From contig VXNZ01000050.1 of NCBI GenBank assembly GCA_009840355.1, forward strand, positions 33,099-97,098: 64,000 bases of DNA, given 5' to 3'. The stretch comes from Chloroflexota bacterium (GTDB lineage: Bacteria > Chloroflexota > Dehalococcoidia > Lucifugimonadales > JADFKI01). This document shows, one piece after another, positions 38,829 to 46,729 of this stretch (the stretch's first letter is position 1; each line of letters opens with the position of its first letter). The position numbers were made by a program, and so were the translations under genes. Under the pieces are notes generated by a model. The model did not search any database. It worked only from the letters and a program-made list of their open reading frames with translations, and was not told the origin of the DNA.

Positions 38829-40034
38829 TTATACCTCCATATCTCTGTGCTTCGGACGAAAAATCCCGAATGAGCTAGTGTAGCCATGCAGGAATGTTGC
38901 GTCGCCCACTTGCCCTATTTCGCCGTTGCAGAAGAAGCCGGTCAGCGGCACGGCACCCACCATGTCCGTGAACATGCTCGTGTCGTGGTCCGGTCTGCCG
39001 TACAGGTACGACCCGCGACCAAGGCACTGGAACAGCAGCGCGCCTGCCTCGGAGCGCCCGGATTGTGGCAATTCGGAGACATATTGCTCCAGCATCGCGC
39101 TCAAGTCCTGCGACGATGTTTCGGCATCGCGTAGGTGGAACTGCACAGTCTGCCCTTCTTTCAGCATCTCCCCCACTGCGAGCGCGCCGCGCTGCGCGTC
39201 AACACCCACGATGTTGCGAATCAGGAAGTCGCCCAATTGCGGGTCGTCGTTCAGTTCGTCCATCACTACGCCCAAGAACAGCGAGTGCTGCGCAAGTTCG
39301 CGGTCGCGTTCGTCCAGCGTTATGAATATCTCTTTCAACACCTCGAACGGCGTGCGCCCGTCAACTTCAAGCAGGATATTGCGCCGGCTCGATGTGATGT
39401 GCAGCAGCTCGCCGATGGGACGGCATCCCTGCGCGACAACCGTGTCGATTTGCACATCGCCCTCAAACGCCACGCCCACAACGCCATCGGTGTAGGTTTC
39501 GTCATCGAGATATAGCGCATTGCCGCCTTCTTGGTGCGCGCCGCTTGCCAGCCCGCCAATCTTCGCACTGCGCGGGAATGCGTAGTCCAGTCCCATCAGC
39601 AGCTGCTCGCCTTGCATGCTGAACGGGTCCGCGAGGATGAGGAAGTCCACATCCGCGCCGATGGGCGTGTTGACCAAACTGCCCCATTCGTCCGGCGGCG
39701 CGTCTCCGTCGGGCAGCGCACCGTATTGGATATGGAACGGCGTCAGTTGCACATTAGGCAAATGTGCCGCCGTGAGCGCGAGTGCTGGGCGATTTTCCAC
39801 CTCGGTCGCTGCGCCGATGACGCCGCCGCCGCTGCATCCGACCAGCAGCGCATCGCCGAACCGATCAGCCGCGAGCCCCGTCATCGCCTGATATTCGTGA
39901 GCGTAGTGCGGCGAAACGAACGCCACTATTATATGCGCCGCCAGCCCGCCGAGTTCGTCCTCCAGCCTGCGCGCGCAATCCTCGAACGCGCCGGTAAGGG
40001 TAGATTCTTCCGATATTGCCGAACTCCACTTCAT
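38829..40034 (-). CDS. FIST-domain (FIST_N + FIST_C) sensory protein
   Basis: Overall pattern: FVSPHY...GCSGGGVIG in the N-terminal half and GFFCNGEIG near the C-terminus, as in FIST proteins. Confidence 0.75.
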   Translation of the reverse strand: MKWSSAISEESTLTGAFEDCARRLEDELGGLAAHIIVAFVSPHYAHEYQAMTGLAADRFGDALLVGCSGGGVIGAATEVENRPALALTAAHLPNVQLTPFHIQYGALPDGDAPPDEWGSLVNTPIGADVDFLILADPFSMQGEQLLMGLDYAFPRSAKIGGLASGAHQEGGNALYLDDETYTDGVVGVAFEGDVQIDTVVAQGCRPIGELLHITSSRRNILLEVDGRTPFEVLKEIFITLDERDRELAQHSLFLGVVMDELNDDPQLGDFLIRNIVGVDAQRGALAVGEMLKEGQTVQFHLRDAETSSQDLSAMLEQYVSELPQSGRSEAGALLFQCLGRGSYLYGRPDHDTSMFTDMVGAVPLTGFFCNGEIGQVGDATFLHGYTSSFGIFRPKHRDMEV

Positions 40035-40571
40035 GGCGCTCCCTCAACTCTCTGACGCCTAACGTCCCATGAAAAACCTGACCGGCGCAAATGTCGCCGA
40101 CCTGTGTCGTATATTTGTCCGTAGTGTGCCTGTCTATTCGCCCATGCCACGAGGCAACGATGCCCCGATGTCGCTATTCTAGCAGACGCCCGCTGCCGTC
40201 AGACGATTGGTGGCTATTAGTGGGAACAATTAGTGGATAGACTAGCGGCAATTTCAGTAATACGGGCAATATACGCAAGCGGCGATATTCAGCGGGCATG
40301 TTCTGCGCGATGCCTGTTCGAGACCTGCATAGATAAACACGGCAAGGTGGCGCGGCGCCCGTCCCGAAGAAAAGCGGAATGCGAAAGAAGGGAAGCCAAT
40401 CTATATTGCCGATTGGCACGGTACTTGGAAATCTAAAACAAGTGGCGTGTGGCGCTTGTCCAGCGCTGCAAGGGCTTTGCAAAGGTCGCTAATTGCCTAC
40501 GATGATGGCTCACGGACAGAGGAATAACGCAACAAAGCGCGGCGGATTTGCGTGTAAAGAACAGGCAGCGC

Positions 40572-41336
40572 TTACTCGCCGCGCAGCCTCCGAAGTTCGG
40601 CTTCCATCTCCGCCAGACGAAATTCGGCTCGTTCAGCGCGTGCTCGCTCTTCGTCCGCGCGTGCTTGCTCTTCGTCCGCGCGAGACTCTGCCGCCATACG
40701 GCCTATTCGTTCTTCTTCAGCGCGCAGATGCTCTTGTTCATGGTTCAGCAGCCACTGCTCGGCAAGCGGATTCCAGAACCGCAACTCGCCATCTATCCAC
40801 CAGAGGTCAAGATTCAACGCATCGCTGTGTGCCCACACACTTCCGTCAGCCTCGACACGCCTCTCCAAACGCTGATACTCACCGTCCACAAGCCGTTCAC
40901 CCACAAGCGGCTCGCCGTAGAAATCGCCGCCCGTACCATCGTATTTCCAGTACTCGCGAATGCCTAATTCGGCGTACAGGTCTCTCTTGCTGCCCAAGTC
41001 ATTCTGCGCCGTGCTTGGCGAGCCTATCTCAAGAATGAAGTCAGGCGCTTTTCCCACTTCCCATGTCAGATAGACGTTTCTGCGCACTATAGATTCTATG
41101 GATTCCTCTGAAAGATCAGTCGCCACATAGCAGTCCGGTGAAAAGAAAATGCGCGGGTTGCCTTCAACATAATATATGAAAGTATCGCCGTTAACTCTGC
41201 TGCCGGGAACATCGCGAAAGAAAAGTCTTAGGGTACTGACTGCCGCAGAAAACAGTGGCGATTGATACTCTCCATCAGGCAATGGCATACCATCCGAATC
41301 TGGATAAACTATGGAAGTCGTGGCTGGTGTGGTCAT
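40572..41336 (-). CDS. Uma2-family (DUF820) endonuclease with C-terminal coiled-coil extension
   Basis: YPDSDGMPLPDGEYQ, SPDCYV and YAELGIREYWKYD. The tail RADEEQARADEERARAERAEF is encoded by a 2 x 21-bp tandem repeat (40639-40680). Confidence 0.8.
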   Translation of the reverse strand: MTTPATTSIVYPDSDGMPLPDGEYQSPLFSAAVSTLRLFFRDVPGSRVNGDTFIYYVEGNPRIFFSPDCYVATDLSEESIESIVRRNVYLTWEVGKAPDFILEIGSPSTAQNDLGSKRDLYAELGIREYWKYDGTGGDFYGEPLVGERLVDGEYQRLERRVEADGSVWAHSDALNLDLWWIDGELRFWNPLAEQWLLNHEQEHLRAEEERIGRMAAESRADEEQARADEERARAERAEFRLAEMEAELRRLRGE

Positions 41337-41481
41337 AAGCGCCTCCTTGCTACGATTGATTCTACCACAGGCGGGGTAGGGGTTAGATTTCTGAAACTGC
41401 TTATCTCCCCGCGCATCTATAATTGAAAGTTGGACGATAAACGTTCATAATTAATGAACTTTGTTTAGGGAGGGCAGGTGA

Positions 41482-41871
41482 TTGAATGAGAGGTACGGGG
41501 CGCTAGGCACGCACCTTTTGGTGGAATTGAACGACTGCAACCCATCGCTACTCGACGATATGCCGCTGCTCCGGCGAGTGCTGCTTCGCGCCGCGGAGGA
41601 GGCGGGCGCCACCATCGTCGGCGAGGTGTTCCACAAGTTCTCGCCCATCGGCGTAACCGGCATCGTCTGCATCGCCGAGTCGCACATCAGCATCCACACC
41701 TGGCCCGAACACGCCTACGCAGCCGTGGACATCTTCACCTGCGGCGAGGATTTCAAGCCACGCAAGGCGGCAAACTTCATCGCAGAAAGCCTGCAATCCC
41801 GCCAATGCGACATCACCGAAGTGCAGCGCGGCGGCGTCAGCGCGTCCTTGTCCGCGGCGTTCGGCGACTGA
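41482..41871 (+). CDS. speH: S-adenosylmethionine decarboxylase proenzyme (small, class 1A)
   Basis: Self-processing site context AESHISIHTWPE and DIFTCG. TTG start with a GGGAGGGCAGG RBS. Confidence 0.9.
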   Translation: MNERYGALGTHLLVELNDCNPSLLDDMPLLRRVLLRAAEEAGATIVGEVFHKFSPIGVTGIVCIAESHISIHTWPEHAYAAVDIFTCGEDFKPRKAANFIAESLQSRQCDITEVQRGGVSASLSAAFGD

Positions 41872-41987
41872 CCACTGACGACTGACATACGGCGGCATCG
41901 CGCCGACCGGGGACATCGCCGGCGCCTTGCGCTGATGAAGATACGACTTCGTAGAACGCGCGCCCTTATCGGCATTTTCAGACTACC

Positions 41988-42022
41988 TCACCCATCCTAA
42001 CCTTCCCCTTAATGGCGAAGAA
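41988..42022. repeat. REP-like element, reverse orientation (degenerate)
   Basis: CACCCATCCTAACCTTCCCCTTAATGGCGAAG is the reverse complement of the family consensus. Confidence 0.55.
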
Positions 42023-42070
42023 ACTTATACTCCGCGACCCACCCCGTATATCCGAGCAAGTAATAATTCC

Positions 42071-43000
42071 ATGAGAACTCCGCCCGAAGGCAACTGGCAC
42101 TACGAACTTATCACCGAAGGCTTGATGCAGCTCGAGCGCATACGCGAGGTGCTGTTCGAGGGCGACTCGCCGTATCAGCATGTGCTCATCCACGACGCCG
42201 AGTGCTTCGGCAGGACGCTGGTGCTGGACGACAAGACGCAGTCCACGGAACTCGACGAATTCGTGTATCACGAGGCGCTCGTGCAGCCGGCAATGCTGGC
42301 GCATCCCGAACCGCGCTCGGTGTTCATCGCGGGCGGCGGCGAAGGCGCGACGGCGCGAGAGGCGCTGCGGCACAAGTCCGTCGAGCGCGTGGTAATGGTT
42401 GACCTAGACGAGCTGGTCGTGAGCATGTGCAGGCAGCACCTGCCGAATCACCACCAAGGCGCGTTTGACGACCCGCGCCTGACGCTGCTGCACCAGGACG
42501 CGCTGCGATACATCGAGACAACCGACGAGCGCTTCGACATCGCAATCATCGATGTGCCAGACCCGCTAGAGGCAGGTCCGGCGTACCTGCTATTCACGCA
42601 GGAGTTCTATCGTTCGCTGCGATCGCGGCTGAATCCGGGCGGCATAATGGTGGCGCAATCCGGACCGACGGGCGCGACATTCTACGAGCAGTGCTTCTCC
42701 GCCGTGGCGAACACCGCCGCGTCCATGTTCCCGGCCGCGCACCTATGCGAAGCGTTCATCCCATCATTCGGCACGACCTGGGGATTCGTAGTTAGCGCGC
42801 CCGACGACACGGTGCTCACGCTCACCGCCGGCGAGATAGACCGCCGCATCGCCCAACGCATCGCAGGGGGAAGCGGCGCGCTACGCAGCTACGACGGCAT
42901 CGCGCACCGTGGCATGTTCGCCGTCCCCAAGTTCCTGCGCGAGGCGGTGGCGGCAGAGACACAGGTGATTACGCGCGCGTCTCCGCTGTTTGTGGTGTGA
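42071..43000 (+). CDS. speE: Spermidine synthase (polyamine aminopropyltransferase)
   Basis: IAGGGEGATAREALRH, MVDLD and IIDVPDP motifs. Confidence 0.9.
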   Translation: MRTPPEGNWHYELITEGLMQLERIREVLFEGDSPYQHVLIHDAECFGRTLVLDDKTQSTELDEFVYHEALVQPAMLAHPEPRSVFIAGGGEGATAREALRHKSVERVVMVDLDELVVSMCRQHLPNHHQGAFDDPRLTLLHQDALRYIETTDERFDIAIIDVPDPLEAGPAYLLFTQEFYRSLRSRLNPGGIMVAQSGPTGATFYEQCFSAVANTAASMFPAAHLCEAFIPSFGTTWGFVVSAPDDTVLTLTAGEIDRRIAQRIAGGSGALRSYDGIAHRGMFAVPKFLREAVAAETQVITRASPLFVV

Positions 43001-43083
43001 AAGGCTTCGCCCTTTGCGTGATATAGTTCTACTCTATTCATTTCAGGTAGAAAGCCAAAATTCTTAACAGGTGATGAACGAAA

Positions 43084-43875
43084 ATGGCGGCTAGACCTGG
43101 TTTTCGTAGATGGACACGCGAAGAAACCATCATAGTGTTCAACCTGTACTGCCAGATTCCATTCAAGGACTCCAACAAGTCCCATCCAGATGTTCAACGA
43201 TTTGCTAAATTGGTCAATCGTTCCCCCTCTGCCGTCAACATGAAAATCGGGAACTTTGGCAGCTTCGACCCGGAATTGAAGAAACGCGGCATAACAGGAC
43301 TTCGCAACGCATCTCGCTTAGACAGACAAATATGGGACGAGTTTCACAATGACTGGCAGACGCTCATTGAGGAGAGTGAGCGACTAATCGCAGAAAAAGA
43401 GAAAACACTTGACGATGCCCCTGCGGTTGACCCTGTCCCTGAGAATAAGGAGTTGCCCGAAAGATTGGGTGGGGAAAGGCTGGCCGTTCGCAGAGTCAGG
43501 GAAAATCAGCCGTTCTTCCGTAAGGCGATATTATCTGCCTATGAAAGTGAATGCTGTATCACCGGCATTGACATAGAGACTCTGTTAGTCGCAAGCCATA
43601 TTAAGCCCTGGGCGGAATCCGACAGCACCGAAAAACTAAATCCGCAAAATGGATTGTGCTTGAACGCCCTGCATGACCGCGCGTTTGACAGGGGACTAAT
43701 CACCGTCGCGGACGATTACACCATTATGGTCAGTGAGCAAGTTTCGCGTTCAACAAACGACGCTGTGCGTGATTTGTTGTTGACATACGAGGGGCGACAA
43801 ATCAAACTCCCAAGCCGATTTGTTCCCCGTACCGACTTTATCCAATGGCATAGGAACAATGTTTTCGCGCACTGA
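43084..43875 (+). CDS. HNH endonuclease (HNH_2-type, restriction-endonuclease-like)
   Basis: C-terminal ASHIKPW...NGLCLNALHDRAFDRGLI is the HNH_2 core. N-terminal domain WTREETIIVFNLYCQIPF...SPSAVNMKIGNF. AT-richer than the flanks. Confidence 0.8.
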   Translation: MAARPGFRRWTREETIIVFNLYCQIPFKDSNKSHPDVQRFAKLVNRSPSAVNMKIGNFGSFDPELKKRGITGLRNASRLDRQIWDEFHNDWQTLIEESERLIAEKEKTLDDAPAVDPVPENKELPERLGGERLAVRRVRENQPFFRKAILSAYESECCITGIDIETLLVASHIKPWAESDSTEKLNPQNGLCLNALHDRAFDRGLITVADDYTIMVSEQVSRSTNDAVRDLLLTYEGRQIKLPSRFVPRTDFIQWHRNNVFAH

Positions 43876-43987
43876 TAAGTGCCTCATAATGTGCATTAAT
43901 ATCCTTTATGCAATTAGAGTTTTTGTGCTATATTAGCCAGAGGAAAATGGTCATGTATGTGAAGGGCTTGAGGCATAGGAGCACTGG

Positions 43988-45652
43988 ATGGACTGGCATA
44001 TCCCCACAACCACTGGGCAATCCACGACAGTAAGCCTAACCACTGGAGAGCCGCTACTTATAGTTGGACCCAACGGATCTGGTAAGTCGGCATTGCTACA
44101 ACAGTTCATTTCGTCGCATCCTAATGAGAATATCAAGCGTATCACGGCATATCGGCAGACATGGCTTGAATCAGGAAGTGTTGACTTGACTCCTGCAAGA
44201 CGTAAAGGACTCGACGATCAGATCAGAAACTACGAGCGTCAAGCAGAATCTTTATGGAAGGAAGGCGCAAACTATTATGGTTATGGAGTCCAACATTCTG
44301 CAATCCTATTCGATCTGGTCGCAAGTGAAAATATGCGCGCACGAGCAATCACCCGTCAAGTTGATGAAGAAAATATAGATGGGGCGAAAGAACTGTCCCG
44401 ATCATCAGTGTCTGCACTCAGCCAACTCAATGATCTAATACGACTCGGAAACTTAGCGGTTAAAATCGAGATTTCTGATGATGATACCGAGATACTGGCT
44501 TTACATCAGAATGCCAACGCACCATTTAGTATTTCCCAAATGTCGGATGGCGAACGTAATGCAGTCTTGATTGCAGCACAAGTGCTTACCGTCGAAGATG
44601 GAACTATACTACTGATTGACGAACCCGAGCGTCATCTTCACAGGTCCATCACTGAGCCATTCCTGTCAGCCCTATTTGAACGGCGCACTGATTGTACATT
44701 CGTCGTATCGACACACGAAATAGCCCTGCCAATCGCTCATCCAAATGCGCAAGTGATAATAACTCGGTCGTGTCAATGGAACGGCAATGCCCCTAGTTCT
44801 TGGGATATAGATGTACTTGAAAGGGATACAGATTTACCAGAGGACATCAAACGGTCAATCCTAGGGTCAAGAAAGAGGATGCTCTTTATAGAGGGCAAAC
44901 AAGACAGTTTGGATATTCGACTTTACCAGCAATTGTTCCCGGACGTTACAGTGATTCCAATAGGAACTTGTGATGATGTCCAGAGAGCAGTCAGTGGTCT
45001 AAGGAAAACACAATCCCTTAATGATGTTGAAGCGTTCGGTCTGATAGACAGGGACAACCGAACGGAAGAAAACATTGAGAAACTCGCAGATGACTATGTG
45101 TATGTTCTTGACGCTTACTCAGTTGAATCGCTCTACTATTGCTCGGAAGCTATCAGAGCAGTCGCCAAACGACAGGCGGAGACCTTGAATACAGACGCCG
45201 AAGCAATGAATGCTTCGGCAACAACCCGCGCACTCAATGTCGTTGGCCATCAAGATGTTGTCGAAAGAATGGCTAAGAAATTGTGTGTCCGCAAGATACG
45301 AAGCTCGCTACTGTCCAAAGTCCCAGACTGGAATTCCATTGGAGCAAGTGAGGATTTGGCAGTCACAATCCCATCATCCTGCGATTACAAGAATGAATTG
45401 TCCCATTACCAAAAATTAGTCGCACAGAGAAAATTGGATATCATCGTCGCTCGTTATCCCATCCGAGAATCGGCGGCTTTTGGTGAAATTGTAAAATCAC
45501 TTCGGTTCAAGGATCGAAAAGACTATGAGAAAGCGGTCATCGCGCTAATTCGGAAGGATAAGGAATTGGCCGACGCCATCAAATATCGTATCGAGCCTCT
45601 TGCTGATGCTCTTGCGAATTCGGTACCACACCTTCCAATATCTTCAGCATGA
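43988..45652 (+). CDS. ABC-type ATPase fused to a DUF4435/TOPRIM-like domain (OLD/PARIS AriA-AriB-like single protein)
   Basis: Walker A GPNGSGKSA, signature-like MSDGERN, Walker B ILLIDEPERHLH and H-loop VVSTHE. Then RMLFIEGKQDSLDIRLY...GLIDRDNRTEE...SVESLYY, which fits the DUF4435 E...DxD TOPRIM-like pattern as I remember it. Confidence 0.65.
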   Translation: MDWHIPTTTGQSTTVSLTTGEPLLIVGPNGSGKSALLQQFISSHPNENIKRITAYRQTWLESGSVDLTPARRKGLDDQIRNYERQAESLWKEGANYYGYGVQHSAILFDLVASENMRARAITRQVDEENIDGAKELSRSSVSALSQLNDLIRLGNLAVKIEISDDDTEILALHQNANAPFSISQMSDGERNAVLIAAQVLTVEDGTILLIDEPERHLHRSITEPFLSALFERRTDCTFVVSTHEIALPIAHPNAQVIITRSCQWNGNAPSSWDIDVLERDTDLPEDIKRSILGSRKRMLFIEGKQDSLDIRLYQQLFPDVTVIPIGTCDDVQRAVSGLRKTQSLNDVEAFGLIDRDNRTEENIEKLADDYVYVLDAYSVESLYYCSEAIRAVAKRQAETLNTDAEAMNASATTRALNVVGHQDVVERMAKKLCVRKIRSSLLSKVPDWNSIGASEDLAVTIPSSCDYKNELSHYQKLVAQRKLDIIVARYPIRESAAFGEIVKSLRFKDRKDYEKAVIALIRKDKELADAIKYRIEPLADALANSVPHLPISSA

Positions 45653-45695
45653 TATGCTCTATTGAACCCCTATCGTTGAAAAGAGACAGCAATCA

Positions 45696-45833
45696 ATGAA
45701 CAGATGCCAGCGATGTGGGACATGGTGGCCTACCTTGAAATGCTACGGCTGCGGTCAAGACCTCTGCGACACTTGCTGGGATGAGCACGCCGAATTTGGC
45801 TGCACTAAAGCGAACTATCCGCCAACTCGATAG
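45696..45833 (+). CDS. Possible 45-aa double zinc-ribbon micro-ORF (below the ORF-track cutoff)
   Basis: MNRCQRCGTWWPTLKCYGCGQDLCDTCWDEHAEFGCTKANYPPTR: CxxC-x8-CxxC-x4-CxxC-x3-H-x4-C, 7 Cys plus 1 His in 45 aa. The RBS is weak. Confidence 0.3.
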   Translation: MNRCQRCGTWWPTLKCYGCGQDLCDTCWDEHAEFGCTKANYPPTR

Positions 45834-45909
45834 GTAGGATCTGTGTCTTCAAGGGCGGAGCCGCGTCCCAGCGTATGACGGCTATCACTGCTAAAGAAAG
45901 GCTTTCAAC

Positions 45910-46230
45910 ATGCTTAAGAAGGTAAGAGCAAGATACTCCGAAGGCTCGCTCACGCCGCTCACGCCGCTCGACCTGTCCGAAGGCGAAATCGTGTCGCTGA
46001 CCGTCGAGGTGGAATCGAAACTCTCTAAGGAAGAGCGTGCCGAGAAAGTGAAGCCTGCTGCGGACGTGTGGACAGAACAAGAAGACCTCGAAAGAATCAG
46101 GCGCGCAGTGAACGGTCCTAAGCTTTCTACAGATGAGTGGCTTGAAAAGGTACGCAAGCGCAGAGTTGCGTCCCGAACGCGGATTACGGCAGATGAAATC
46201 ATTGAAATGCGCGACGCGGACCGCACATGA
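45910..46230 (+). CDS. Antitoxin (DUF104/AF2212-like N-terminus) of the VapBC-type pair
   Basis: RYSEGSLTPLTPLDLSEGEIVSLTVE matches the DUF104 pattern. The stop overlaps the vapC start by 4 nt. Confidence 0.6.
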   Translation: MLKKVRARYSEGSLTPLTPLDLSEGEIVSLTVEVESKLSKEERAEKVKPAADVWTEQEDLERIRRAVNGPKLSTDEWLEKVRKRRVASRTRITADEIIEMRDADRT

Positions 46231-46622
46231 CTGCCGTCGCCGATTCTTCCGCGCTGGTCGCGTCTGTGGTGGACCACGGCAGCGACACTAGATGGGTAGA
46301 TGCCGCCTTTGCAGGCGAAGACTTAGCTTGTCCGGAACTGGCGCTTGCGGAAGCCAGCAACATCTTGCGTCGGATGGAACTCGCCGGGCAACTATCGTAC
46401 ACAGAAGCGACGGCTGCCTATACTGAACTGTTCGATATCGACATTGTTCTGTATCCCTTCACCCCATTCGCCGAGCGGATATGGCAGTTGCGGAATAATC
46501 TGACAATCTACGACGCATGGTTTGTTGCGTTGGCAGAGGCACTCGATTGCCCGCTTGTTACACTTGACCGCAGGCTCAGTCGTGCGCCAGGTCCAACCTG
46601 CGCTATCTTATCCCCTGACTAA
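46227..46622 (+). CDS. vapC: PIN-domain toxin
   Basis: N-terminal acidic residue context AVADSSALV, later YDAWFVALAE and LVTLDRRL (PIN conserved Asp positions). Confidence 0.8.
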   Translation: MTAVADSSALVASVVDHGSDTRWVDAAFAGEDLACPELALAEASNILRRMELAGQLSYTEATAAYTELFDIDIVLYPFTPFAERIWQLRNNLTIYDAWFVALAEALDCPLVTLDRRLSRAPGPTCAILSPD

Positions 46623-46646
46623 AATCTCCCCCCGCCGCACAAAACA

Positions 46647-46674
46647 TTGATACATCCCACGAATGCGATACAAT
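46647..46674 (+). promoter_or_regulatory. Sigma70-like promoter upstream of ileS
   Basis: TTGATA-16 nt-TACAAT, ~55 nt upstream of the ileS ATG. Confidence 0.4.
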
Positions 46675-46729
46675 AGACTAATCGCCCGTCTATCCCATGT
46701 ATCAATGCCGGTTTCAGGAGATTTCACCC

